In this document: positions 36,901-48,806 of the stretch, piece by piece
Layout: the number at the start of each line of letters is the position of its first letter
Position numbering within the stretch: the first letter of the stretch is position 1
Assembly: GCF_964188315.1 (NCBI RefSeq)
Contig: NC_135656.1
Coordinates: 30,070,001 to 30,134,000, forward strand
DNA: 64,000 nucleotides
DNA from: Podarcis muralis
Lineage: Eukaryota
Reading direction: 5' to 3'
Made by a program: the position numbers and the translations under genes
The notes under the pieces: model-generated
Seen by the model: only the letters and a program-made list of their open reading frames with translations
Told to the model about the DNA's origin: nothing
Databases searched by the model: none

Positions 36901-39900
36901 TGAGTGACATTTCACGGTAGGCAGGCAAGCAGATAGATAAATGTGAATGGGGCGGGAGAGAGAAAATAGCGCCAAACGGTTGCAGCCGGGACCAGCGTCT
37001 ATTTTGGGAACCCTTGTCTCTGTCTGCTTGCGTTTTAGTTTGGGGCGATATTGTAAGCGAATTTTTCAAACTGAATCCGACCTTCACGCTGAACTTCATA
37101 TGGACATCAGCAAGAACTGAACTCCAGTTATTGCTGATTTCAATATGAAGGCCAAAACCAAGGTCAGGCGCAGAAGGAAGATCTACTTACGGCCTCTTTT
37201 GTTTTAACTGCTTTGTCTGTGCTTTTTGGAAAAGCGTAGGCCTTTACGGGGGGTGGGATTCACTTTTGAGACAAGAACGTGAGCCAAAGAAATAAAGAAA
37301 TATCGGACGCTGGTAGTGCTACGGCAGCGTCGCTCTAAGGTTTCAGATAGGCATCCCGGGGACTGAACAGCAACACTTTTGCGTGGAAACCAGGTAGATA
37401 CGTAGCACTGAGCTACGGGCCTTCCCTTAGAATTCATTCTATTGCGGAATTTCGGGCGCTCCTTGCACGAAACAGCAAATGTTCTGAAATGAGGCGTGTT
37501 TCCTAGGGATCCTGCACTTCCGACAAAGGATTAGGATAGCTTGAGGGAGGTCTCAACCTTTTTCTCACGCTTGGTCGGCGACAATCCACGTCAGCGACAA
37601 TCCACGGCTGACATTAGACACGGATGCCATTGCCGGCGACAGTTTTTGCCGGGCGAGTTCTCCAGTTGCCGTCAGTTCTTCACGGGCACCTTCAAAACGC
37701 TGCCTGTCCGCGCACTTTAGGGGAAGGAAGCCCGCCGTTTCTTTCTCTCCCCAGAGGGAGAGTCTTTTATTGGCGAGGCGCCTTGCGGTGGCCAGGCTAA
37801 GAGGGGCATCAGAGAGTGGATGCCAGGCCAGGGGCTTCACACACAACAAGGGCGTTGGTGGGCCGCCTCTTGCGCTCTTGCCCCAGCGGGGCCACCCGAT
37901 CCCTGCGCTCCGGGAAGAAGGCATGCTTCTACTCTCCCCTGATGCACCTGCTCCCAGGCGCAAGGCCTCAGCTGCGGCTGGCTACCAAGGTGGGCCTGCG
38001 AGCGAGCTCTGGGCAGCTGGCACAGCTCGGGGGGCCGGAAGCTCCAGCTTGCAGCCTCCTGAGACGCCTCTAAAAAAACACACACACCAGGGCTTCGTCG
38101 TGGCTGGTTCCCTCCGCGCCACAGCAGCGATCTCTGAACCAAGGAGCTGTGTGGGTGGTGCAGAGCCGGCTGCTGAGCGAGGCCAGCTCGGAGCTCCGGG
38201 CTGCCAGGCGAGCCGTTTCAATCCCAGCCTGCAAATCTCATGCAGCAGGGTGACCTACATTGTTATGAGCTGCCAGAGAGGAAGCGGCGCCGGGCTCGGA
38301 GGCCGGGCTCGGATTGATCGCTCAACAGCAGCAGCGGGCATTGCGGACTCCCTAGTTCTCCCCTACCCCCGAGCAGGCCATAAGCAAGTGGCAAGCTAAC
38401 GCTGGACGCGATCCCTCGGCCAGTGGGGAGGAGGGTGGTTGAAGAAGACAGTGTCTCCTCGCCCTGGAAACCTCTGGGTCTTTCGGAGCCTGAGCGCAGT
38501 CGAAGGAGGGAGGAGCGGGGCTGCGGGCTCCTTTCTCGCCCCCCACCCCAGAGTCCAGGAGAGCTGAGGTGGCACGGGAGAGGTTAACTGGCGCATCTAC
38601 CACGCTGCCTCTTCCGCAGCCGACGAGCCACTGCGGCGCAAGGGCCCCCATGGTAACCGCAGCAGCCATTTCAGATACAGGCAAAGATGGCAGGAGAGAT
38701 TCCCTGCTCCTCTGCTGCCACCGAAAAGACAAAAGCGTCTCCTTGTCTCTTAAAAACGAAACGCTCCCCGGTATTTATTTATTGAACAAGGATGAATCCT
38801 CTCCTCTTTCTGCTTTTTCCCCTCTCCTTGTAAAACTGGTTTCCCCTCCAGTCTCTGCACCTCCGCCCATGTTATGTATACCTATCCGCTCCTTCTGCGT
38901 CTACAAAATGCCGCGGATCAAGTAGGAGCTCAAACTAGGATTTAAGCGCTAGGGCTCTCTTCCTCTCCCCCCGCCCCAGTTTATTTCGTTTTCCTTCACA
39001 CGCCTTTAATAGCGCACCTATTCACCCTAGAGGACTGGCCAGTGGCCACCTACATTTCCAAAACGCAGGTGTTGAGGGTGTTGCGCCCTTCGGGAGACGG
39101 TGCCCAAGGTCTGCGGATCTCAGCCCTGCGCTCCAGTCCTTGGCTGCTACGTGCTGCTGAATCGAGACTCTTGACACTTTGTCTCACTGCTGGTAGAGAC
39201 CACTGCGGTGCCCGCCAGGTCACTAGGCGGAAATAAAGTCTTCCATGTTCCTCAGTTTTCCCTTTCATTTCAAGGGAAGAATGTTAAATGGTCTTCTTCT
39301 GCAGTAGCAGCATCCCACAAAACGGGCGTCCATGCCGCGTAATGCCCCCATGGACCGGATTTTTCTGGCTCCTAGGAATTCACAGGTCATCCAGAGACAA
39401 GCCCAGTCTCAAACGCATCTGTCCATAAGGCAGCGAGGCCTTCTGTGGCTAGCTAGCCTAAGCAAATTGGATTTGGGAGCTTAGTTAATCCTGTCCTCGG
39501 TTGTGGCTCCCTTTAAAAATGAGACGAGCCGAGGCCAAAATCTTACCCTTTCAAATTTTACGGAAGTAGGCCCCTTCTGAATCCACTGGGCTTTGGTTGC
39601 TGGTATAAACATGCACAACAGGATTGCGCCACACGTTCGTAAAGCTGAGTAAGGGTACGCGTGAAAACGTGCGGATGCGGGGAGCAGGTATGCGGAAACA
39701 CATGCATCACACTTCCGAGGAGAGCGCATTTGGGGGCGAACTGGCTTGCACCTGTGCAATGCTGACAACGACCCTTGGCGTAGGAGGGGATGCGCAGCTT
39801 TTCCCCATTGCCCTTCTGCCCACCTGCCCCCTTCCTCTGCATCTATCAACCCCCGAAATCTCTCTAACCAATGTGAACATCCTCCGCTCTTTCTGCTGAA

Positions 39901-40023
39901 CCCATCCATCAAGGCCTGGTATTCATTGGGCCATCCATCACTCAGGCATACGTGTCCATCCGTCATGTACACCTAGATCTATCTGTCTCCCTATCCCTCC
40001 CTCCCTCCCTTCCGCCTGCCCCC

Positions 40024-40081
<58 letters not shown>

Positions 40082-40349
40082 TCTCTGAGTTCCAAACCCA
40101 GCCACTCCAGTAGAAGCCATCTCTTTGCGCAGCTAATTGTAATTATTATTACGCTCTTTCTGACTTACGCAGGCCAGAGAGCTGGGGGTGGGAGAGGGAG
40201 AGGGAGCAGAAAAGGAGGGAGGGAGAATTGGTGCTGGTAGAAACCCATTATCTGCTGGGGGCCAAATTGGCAATTTCAGCTGCAAGAAGGCGACATGTCA
40301 GAGGAGAAGGAAGGGAGGCGGGCACGGGGCTCCCCCCCCCCCTTTCCCA

Positions 40350-40800
40350 CCATATATGCCTTTGCTGACTTTGTGGTGGGTTGCGGGAGGGGGGGCAGAG
40401 AGGGGATGATAAAAAGGGGGGAGGAGAAGGAGGGAGGGGGAGGCGCGCGGGGTTAGAATCCTCGGCTCTTTTCCACCACTGAAGCCCGGTTGCCGAGATA
40501 CGGGCGCACCAATCAGCGCTCAACAGCTCACCCGAGGCTCTCGCGCCGCTTCCTTTTATGGTGCAGCTAGTCTGCAGGGCGCCGCGTTCGTCACCATATA
40601 AGGGCATGAACCTAAATACAGTATCTACCTTGTTCTCTCTCTCGGCGCTTTCGCCTCCGCCTCCTCCTCCCTCCCCCCCCCCGCCCTGCGCACTGCCCCC
40701 GCCCCCCCGTCCTCGCGCGCCCGCTCCCTCTCTCCCTCTCCCGCCCGAGCCCGAGACGAGTTAAAAGGCGATCGATGCCAGAGCCGAGCACAGCCGCCGC
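40350..40800. promoter_or_regulatory. Promoter-like region with two perfect CArG boxes and a CCAAT box
   Basis: CCAAT 40509-40513, CCTTTTATGG 40552-40561, CCATATAAGG 40594-40603, GC boxes, and TATA-like TTAAAAGG 40761-40768. Confidence 0.6.
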
Positions 40801-41300
40801 CAGAGGCCGGGTGAAGCAGCAGCAGCAGCGCGGTGCCCAGGCAGGAGGGAGGGAGGGGCAGGGCTGCAGGGGCTGCAGGAACTGCTGCTGCTGCTGCTGC
40901 TGCTGATCGAGACACAGATGTGGTTGCCATATTTCCCCGCCCCCATCTCCCGGGTTATTATTATTATTAAGCGCAGGCTGCTGCAAATCCTCCGCTTGCT
41001 TATTAGGGGCGGAATGCAAATGAGCGGGAGATACTTTCGCACGCAGTAATGGCTTTTGTTAAGGCACGGATCCGGGCGCTGCTGCCAAAATGAAGGAAGG
41101 AGGGAGGGGCAGGGCTGCAGCTCCTGAGGACTCCCTCGTGCCGCAGTCACCTGAGCACCCCTGGAGGGACCTGCTTTCTGGGGGGGGGGGTGGAGAGGAG
41201 AGAAGAGGAGAGGAGGGAATCCCCCCTATCTGAGAAGGAAGTGGTGCTGGCACAGCTGCCGCTCCCTACCCTGCTGTCAATCAATTTGGGGAGCCGTGTG

Positions 41301-41302
41301 TA

Positions 41303-41388
<86 letters not shown>
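41301..41388. repeat. (TAA)n microsatellite
   Basis: Direct reading. Confidence 0.95.
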
Positions 41389-41389
<1 letters not shown>

Positions 41390-42009
41390 TTTATTCCCTC
41401 TGGCTCACCAACGTTGCATGACGTTCAAAAGGGGTGGGTGGGTAGCGGAACACGTACTTGTCCAATCTAATGGCCATGGGGTGGGCTTCCTCCCCCCCCA
41501 ACATAGCACAGCTCTCTTGCCTGCCTGGAAGCTCTTTCCTGGCCGTGGCAGATATTTGTGGAATAGCGGTGGCGGTATAAAGATGATGGGAGGAAAGGCA
41601 CTCTGTACGTGCTCAGGGGCACTCTGGTTTTCCCATCGCCTTCTCTTTTTGCTTCGCGTTTCAGGTTGGGGGTGTTGTTGGAAACAGATTGGGGGGGGGC
41701 AAATCCTGGCGACTTCCCTTGCGCGGTTTAAATTAAGGCAGACACTAACGGAGGGCGGGCCTATGGGGCGGCCTGGAAAGGGCTCGTCTCCTAGCCGAGG
41801 CGAAGGAGTTGCCGCCGTCACACCTCCTTACAGCTGTCAGATTCCAATTTATACCTCCTCCTCCTCCTCTCTTCTGTTGACGTCAGCGAGCTGATGTGCC
41901 TCGGATGAGATTGCGGGTGGGGGCTGGGGGGACTAGCATGCAAATGCACGGCGCCCCCCCCCTCTCAACAGGGCTATTTTACCCTAGCTGAGGAACTAAA
42001 GAGGCAAAC

Positions 42010-42050
<41 letters not shown>

Positions 42051-42509
42051 GGAGGGAGGGAGGGAGGGAGATTATTCTGGTCCATTTCAGGGGGCTTCTC
42101 CCTCCTTCCCTCCCTTTCTCTCCCTCCCTTCCTGATGAACAACTGGATTTTGCTGGCTCTTTCCAGAACCCGGCGGGGAAGATAAACAACTCCCCGAACA
42201 CGAATATGGCTCAGTGTGTGTAGCTCAGACAAAATGGATCCGAGAAGACCGGGGAGGTGGTGGGGATGGACGTAGGGCGAGATTCTCTGCCTGTCACGGC
42301 AACCTTTCATTGGCTGTCGCGGAGGGGGGGGGGCGGACAGTGTTGCTGCGGAGAGCCGAGCCCGGTTTGCGAGGAACGCGCATGTTTGTGTTTCGAGGCA
42401 AATTGGGTGGGGGTTGCCGCCGCCGTCCCCGGGAACAAAAGGCGTTTTGTGTGAAACGTCCTTGCAAGGCGGAGAGTGTCAGATAAAGCTGCTCGCTGCC
42501 GCAGCCGCC

Positions 42510-42558
<49 letters not shown>

Positions 42559-43684
42559 CAGCCCCGCACCGCCTCCGAAGGGAGCAATTTTATCTCACAA
42601 GGATTTTTCTGTGTGAGTTTGCGGGTCCCGGTGGCTGAAATAGCCTCCTCCTCTCTCCGTGGCGGGAAGGAGAGGAGAACCGGGAGAGCCTGAAACGTGT
42701 GTGTGTGTGGAACTGATGGGTATCATGTTCTGGGTGGGTGTCCGTCAAAGATCGCTCGGCTTCCAGCCCTCTATTTATTTCGGGGGTGGCGGCAGCGGCG
42801 GCGCCGGAGTGGCCTTTGCTTTGCGCTTGTGGCTTAGGCTGGGGTTCTAAAGACACTTACTAGGGAGCATGCCCCACTGACCGTAGTGGCACTGATTCCC
42901 ACAGGATGGCGTGGCCAAGCATCTCCCCAGCTGTGGGCTCCAGATCTCCTTTGGACTCCACTTCCCTGCGCGAGGCGCTGCGCGGCTCCTGAAGCCGCTC
43001 TTGGCGCTAAGGCAGAGGTCCACTGGGGCTTGGCTCAGGTCCGGGCAGTCTGCAGTGGGGCGCAGTGGTTTGAGGGTCAGCAGCCCAGCCAGCGCCTCTG
43101 CATGGGTCCCCCAACATCAACCCCCTCGGTGCAGGTTTCCCCCACCACCCGGTTGCCACATTGCTATTCTGTCTACATCAGCTTCGGTTCCTGACCACAG
43201 CGCCAGTGAGTGCACACATAGTTCCATTCATTCCCCCACGACACGCCCAAACTTCTCCTGGCCGACCAGTTTCCCTAATCCCCGTCGTATTTCTGCCCAG
43301 GGAGCGGCTGATGGAAGCACAGACGTCCTGGAACCTGGAGCAACCCAACGTGTTCTGCCAAATCTCTCTTGTGTCCTGGTTTTCGAGGGACGGGGGAAGG
43401 GATAGAGACAGGTCGGAGTCCTCACCCGCGTGTCTTCTGCTTGGGCAGGAAAGGATTACTGATTCCAGGCTACTAGGAGGGGCGCAGAAGAAGACCACAG
43501 TGAAAATCGATGGATGACCCTGCTTTCTGAGCCCCAGATTCCTGAGATTCATCGCCTCTTTGATCACCTACACACGAAATTGTAGCTCCTACGATTTTGT
43601 GTGCGGATGACAATTTCCATGTGCTTGCAGAGGCTGCGATTTTACACACACACTGCGCAAACTCAGAATATGTGAAGTACATAA

Positions 43685-43733
<49 letters not shown>

Positions 43734-44039
43734 TTGAGAGAAGGGAAGATCCAGGAGAAAAATGGCACACACAGCCCAACGGGAGAGTTAAACCCGAATA
43801 AATGGGTCTAAGGTGCATGTGCCCTCAAGACGCATTTGCAACCAGTGGAATAGTTCATTTGAAATTATAATACATCAGGATTATGAAGGGGCGTTTGGCG
43901 TCCAAGAACGCACGCAATTACTTGGGAGTAAATATCACTGAACCCGAAGATCAGGCTGCCGGATTGGTATCTCGTAGATTCTGGTGTGAAGACAACGAAA
44001 AGCCCCATTGGTTTAAGCGGAGGGTCGATTGCGCGGCCA

Positions 44040-44135
44040 TAGAAGCATAGAATTGTAGCGTTGGAAGGGACCCCGTGCAATGCAGGAATCTCAGCTAGAG
44101 GCGTCGCAGACAGATGGCCACCCATCCTCTGCTTG
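44040..44135 (-). mobile_element. CR1-type 3' tail
   Basis: catagaagcatagaattgtagcgttggaagggacc...caatgcaggaatctcagct...agatggcc. Confidence 0.65.
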
Positions 44136-45349
44136 TGTGGTTTTTAACCAGGTGGCACTTATTCCTCAAGGCGAGCGGAGAAGTTTCTGCTGAAACGAAG
44201 CGGCTCTAGCGCCTGGTTCGGCGGCTCCCTCGCGCGCAGAGACCATTTCTAGTAGCACGATGCCACCTATGGAATGTACCTGGAATTATTCTTTACCACG
44301 CAGCACACATAGCCCGAGAGATCCTCCTGCCCCACTTCGGAAATACCTAATCCCGGGAGGGAGGTGCGTTTTGGGAATGAGAGGCTGTCACAAAAAGAGC
44401 AGCTTCAGAAACTGCAACAGCAAAAAGGAGGAGTAGCAGAAAACGTGGAGGTAGCCGTGCTGGCTGCTGAAAAAATGCGGGAGATCATCTAAGACCTCTG
44501 TTGGGCTAATAAAAATGCTACGAAATAGCGCGCGAGGCGCCGAAGAGCCCCGGAAAACTCGAAAGCTTGCGGGTTGTTTTGTGACATTTGGGCACGTAAT
44601 GAAGGTGATGCCCTAATGTGGCTTTTGAACCAACAGTGGTTCTTGCTTGTTTAGACCAGCGTGGATCTCTAAGCAGTGCATAAACTTGCTGTAGCCTGTT
44701 AAAATAATAGTTTCCTTTAAAGGAGGTGAAGCTTGCATAAATGATACGCTCCAAGAATCTGCTTTCAGTATCAGAGCGGGTTCTGACATCAAAGCTAGCG
44801 CTGGAGTCCTGGCTGGCATCTGACTAAAGGTTCCTCTGAGCACACACAGAGGACATTTTCTCCATCTCTGAGATATCACAGCCTCAGGAATTATGTACCG
44901 ACTTGAGATGAGTGAACAAGGCTTTCAAGGCGGGTAGCGGAGTTTCCAGGTAGACTTTCTTTTCAGGCACCACTCTTTTTGGAGCAAAGATAACGCGACC
45001 AGTACATGAAGGGGTCTAAAGTGACGTCCTCGCAGAAAAGAGACTGTGCTCAAGACACTGGGGCTGCCGGCAGACCTCTAGAATCCAGCGGTTTGCAACT
45101 GTACCCGGGTTCGAATAATTTCATTAATTCTGAGTCAGGGTTTTTCTTTTGTCAGGGCGGGGCAACTCGTTCTAGAGGGCGCGAGTAGCGTTACCCAAAC
45201 CCAACAATTGTCCTTCGGAAGGCAGATGGGACAGCCTTGGCATCTTTGTTCCGCTCAACCGAGGGAGGTAAAGCAAGTAGGACCGGAATACTCGGAGTGG
45301 CCGCAAGCTGCAAACCACAAATGCGGTTTCCGACCAGGAGCGCAGGACT

Positions 45350-45430
45350 CTTTCAGGAATGCAAGAGGTTGGATTAAATGACCTTTGTGATCTCTTCCAA
45401 CTCTACAATTATTCCATTATTCTATTATTT
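45350..45430 (+). mobile_element. CR1-type 3' tail
   Basis: gcaagaggttggattaaatgacctttgtgatctcttccaactctacaattatt. Confidence 0.6.
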
Positions 45431-45774
45431 CAGGGGCAGTCACCCTCGCATCCCTGAAAGGATGAGCTTTCGGGGCACACACACCCCAACTCCCACCTCA
45501 CTGTTCCCGAACTAGGACGGAGTTGACCCGGAAACCGGGTCCAGGATTCTCCCAGCTGATTCCTGATTATGGGTCCTCTGAGAAACACCGATATTCGAAA
45601 GAAGGTCCTCATTGCACTGAAATTGAATCTGCCCCAGTGTGCAAAGGACTGGAAGCTTAAGCGCCTTGAGGGAATTGCTTTGGATTTCTTCAGTCACTTC
45701 TCTGGAAATCACTTCTTGAAAATAATTGGAAAGCCGGTCCTTTCATTTCCTCCTACAACCCAGAGACGAGAACA

Positions 45775-45780
45775 CACACA

Positions 45781-45838
<58 letters not shown>
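45775..45838. repeat. Compound (CA)n(GA)n microsatellite
   Basis: Direct reading. A similar compound repeat lies at 48364-48424. Confidence 0.95.
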
Positions 45839-45842
<4 letters not shown>

Positions 45843-46623
45843 CAGAAAAAATCAATTATCTTTCTTCTGTCCTAGTTACAATTTTCTGAGGGCTTTTGTG
45901 AATATCGAAGCTGAAGTGAACCGTCTCTTCTACGTCTTTGCCCCCCCTCGCCTCCCCGAAGCACACACAGCTCCACGCACCACCAGGCTCCCTTTGTTGT
46001 GGCCTGGGCGATTTCCGAAGGCGAGTCAGAATCCAAAGTCTGCAGGAGATCAAAGTCCGCAACAGGCAGCGGAAGTTCGACCGAGGTCCAGAAAACGCCC
46101 GCTTGCCTTTGAAAGAATCCCTGGCACGTCGAGAAGTCGTTTTTCCTGGCTGCGTAGGCGACCTTTCAGGAAAGTCTCTCTCCCCCCCCCCCGCCAGCCT
46201 CTTTCCAGTTAGCGAGTTCGGGCTTGCAGCTGTGCAGTGCGATCCCACGCGGGTCTGCTCAGAACGAAGCCCCATTGAGTTCAGCGGGCTGTGTGCAACG
46301 GTGGATTTGCGCAAGTCCAGCGGAGATCCGCATGTAATTTTCGCAGATTTCGCCGCTGCTGCTTACTGCAGCCCTTTGTGCCCAACACCCCATAATGTTC
46401 CGGAGGTGTCACCCGCCCCTCAGGAGGGTGTTTGCGGTGCATGGAGGGGAGGGGGAGCCTGCAAGGACTTGCAGGAGAGTAAGCACTTTCCACTTGTGAA
46501 AAGCCGGAACGGGAGGCCAGTTCCGCAGCCCAAAATGTCGTCACTTTATGCGAATAAAAGATTGCCTTTGAGATCTACGCAACACTCACCAACCTAAAGT
46601 TGTAGTAGTAGTAGTTGTTGTCG

Positions 46624-46659
<36 letters not shown>

Positions 46660-46854
46660 GACTTAAGAATTAATGTTCAGAGATTTTCTTAAAAACCTTA
46701 TCGCTTTTTCTGATGTACCTATCGACTATACAGCGATATGGATAGTATTGAGAGGTTGCTAGAGAATGGAGTTAGGGACGCTCTTTAGAAGCGAATCCGG
46801 ACCCCCAACCCCATCCCAATGGCAAAAAGACAGTTCATTCAAAAACAGTACATG

Positions 46855-46935
46855 GTGTGCATGCACACGAAAGCTCATACCAAGAACTAACTTAGTTGGT
46901 CTTTAAGGTGCTACTGGAAGGAATTTTCTTTGTTT
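46855..46935 (+). mobile_element. Penelope-like element terminal fragment
   Basis: gtgtgcatgcacacgaaagctcatacc...cttagttggtctttaaggtgctactgga matches, from recall, the terminal repeat of reptile Penelope-like elements. Confidence 0.6.
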
Positions 46936-47012
46936 TGAACGTGGCAAAAGATAGCGAAGTCTGTGGCACGTCAGAGCCTACTATCTTTGTGGATGGCACC
47001 AACTCAGGGGAA

Positions 47013-47340
47013 GGGCTGTAGCTCAGTGGTAGAACGTCAACGTTGCATACAGAAGGTCCCAGGTTCAAGTCCCCGACATCTCTGAGGGACAGCTCAGTTG
47101 GTAGAGCGTGAGACTCTTAATCTCAGGGTCGTTGGTTGGTGCCCCACCGTTGGTGCCCCACTGCATTGCAGGGGGTTGGACTAGATGACCCTTGTGGTCT
47201 CTTCCAACTCTGCAAATCTGTGATCTCCAGATCGGGCCGAGAATGCCCCTGTCTGGAGAACAACTGCTGGCCAGCATAGTCAATACAGAACAGGAAGGAC
47301 CAATGGTCTGATTCAGGATATGGAAGCTTTCTGTGTTAGG
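47013..47340 (+). mobile_element. tRNA-derived SINE interrupted by a second SINE
   Basis: Head gggctgtagctcagtggtaga...aggttcaagtcccc (47013-47082). The body resumes at ~47223 (atctccag...ctggagaacaactgctg...ggaccaatggtctga). Confidence 0.7.
47085..47225 (+). mobile_element. tRNA-Lys(CTT)-derived SINE with a CR1 tail
   Basis: agctcagttggtagagcgtgagactCTTaatctcagggtcg matches tRNA-Lys-CTT, but the T-arm is disrupted. Followed by ctgcattgcagggggttggactagatgaccc...ccaactct. Confidence 0.8.
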
Positions 47341-47529
47341 CTGAAAGGCAGTGATTGCTCCAAGATTTTGCAGTGAGTTTTATGATCTCAGTCCAACACT
47401 GGCTGTGATGGGTTGGTTAAGGCTGCAATCTCTTCCACCCTAAGCATGCTTACTTCCAATGGAATTTATTCCCGTTGCGGCAAGGAAACGGTTAATCCGC
47501 GCGGTTCAAACCTCACTTTAGCCGTGCCC

Positions 47530-47715
47530 ATAGGAGCCAACTCCTATGGTCCCTTGTCCCCCCAAATTAAATATTTTATGGGGCCATTTCCCTCAAAAGT
47601 TATGGGGAATTCCCATTCAAATGCTGTTTGTGTGCCACATCATGTGATCGGTTATGTTGGGCAGGGCTTACCTGCCCGCCCGCCCCCCAATATTTGATTC
47701 AAGTTGGCACCCCTG
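47530..47715. mobile_element. hAT-type MITE
   Basis: Termini cataggagccaact / agttggcacccctg. Homologous to 21831-21979. Confidence 0.6.
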
Positions 47716-48363
47716 GCCTTGATCTCGCATCTGCAAGGGGCTTACGTATAAGTAAAGATATAAAGGGGATCCAGATTGTGACCTTAGGTAAGCTACCAGT
47801 TTCCAGACTGGAGCATTATAAAAATCACATTCGTCTATTTTACAGGGTTGTTAGGAGATTATTGAGACCGGATACAGGTGAGGCGCTTGAAGTTACCTAA
47901 GGAAGTGCCAAGTAAGGGGGATCCGGCACAGCCCCACGGTCTGATGCACGCAAGTCAGGAAAGAACAGCGACTCCAGTCGAATTGGAATCCTTGCAGCCG
48001 ACAGGAAGGCGAGAGCTCTGAGTCTGGCCTGGTTCGGCAGCATCCTTAGCCTGTTTGCTCCATGGGCCGGTGGCAGGTCATGTGACTTCTGGCCTCTGCC
48101 AGTGCACGCAGTTCTAAGACCCAACAGAAAGTCGCAGGACACCCGACCCCTGTGCAAGCAAGAACAACAGCAACCAGGCCCCAGCTGGACGAGAGATGCC
48201 TCTTTTATAACTCATCACTTTCCCCACCCAGCATCGTTAAACTGCTCGCTGCTTGACCTTTTCCACTCTCTCCTTTCGTCCTTTCACTTTGTAAGTCTGC
48301 GTCTGTAATGGAAGCGAACTGCTTTCGGAGGGAGTACAGCAGTCTGGAAAGCGAGATTAAAAT

Positions 48364-48427
<64 letters not shown>

Positions 48428-48737
48428 TCCAGCAGTTAGGAGGGAGACATGATCAAGGATGGTTGATATCTCCAGGAAAGTCCTATTTTCTATGGAAAAA
48501 CATTTCCTTGATTTCGGCGAAGATTCAACGCGTCTGTGTATTTGCAGTTGCGTGGAAAACTTTGTTAGTGCTCTGTCTACCTTTATGTTTGTTTTATTTA
48601 TTATCTGTTATAGTTGCTGGAAAATTTATCTCTCTAGAAAGAGTGATTTCTGCCTGCTTTTCTGGTGCTTAGCTCTCTGCACGAGAAGGCCAAGTCAGGG
48701 CGGGGTTCCTTTGCATGCCCAGAATCCAGCCCCTGTT

Positions 48738-48806
48738 CTTATTCTTATTCTTCTTATTAAAATTTGTATACCGCCTTTCATCCGTAGATCTCAAGGCGGT
48801 TCACGT
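48738..48806 (-). mobile_element. L2 3' tail remnant
   Basis: cttattcttattcttcttattaaaatttgtataccgcc...tctcaaggcggttcac. Confidence 0.6.

Noticed and set aside
40612-41019. Minus-strand ORF with a polyQ run
   Set aside because: The polyQ comes from a CTG microsatellite, overlapping frames are equally low-complexity, and no domain is recognisable.
41060-41068. TAAGGCACG matching the start of miR-124
   Set aside because: The match stops after 9 nt and there is no precursor hairpin.
47087-47155. tRNA-Lys(CTT) gene
   Set aside because: The T-arm/B box is destroyed, there is no acceptor stem, and a CR1-type tail follows directly. It is a SINE head.
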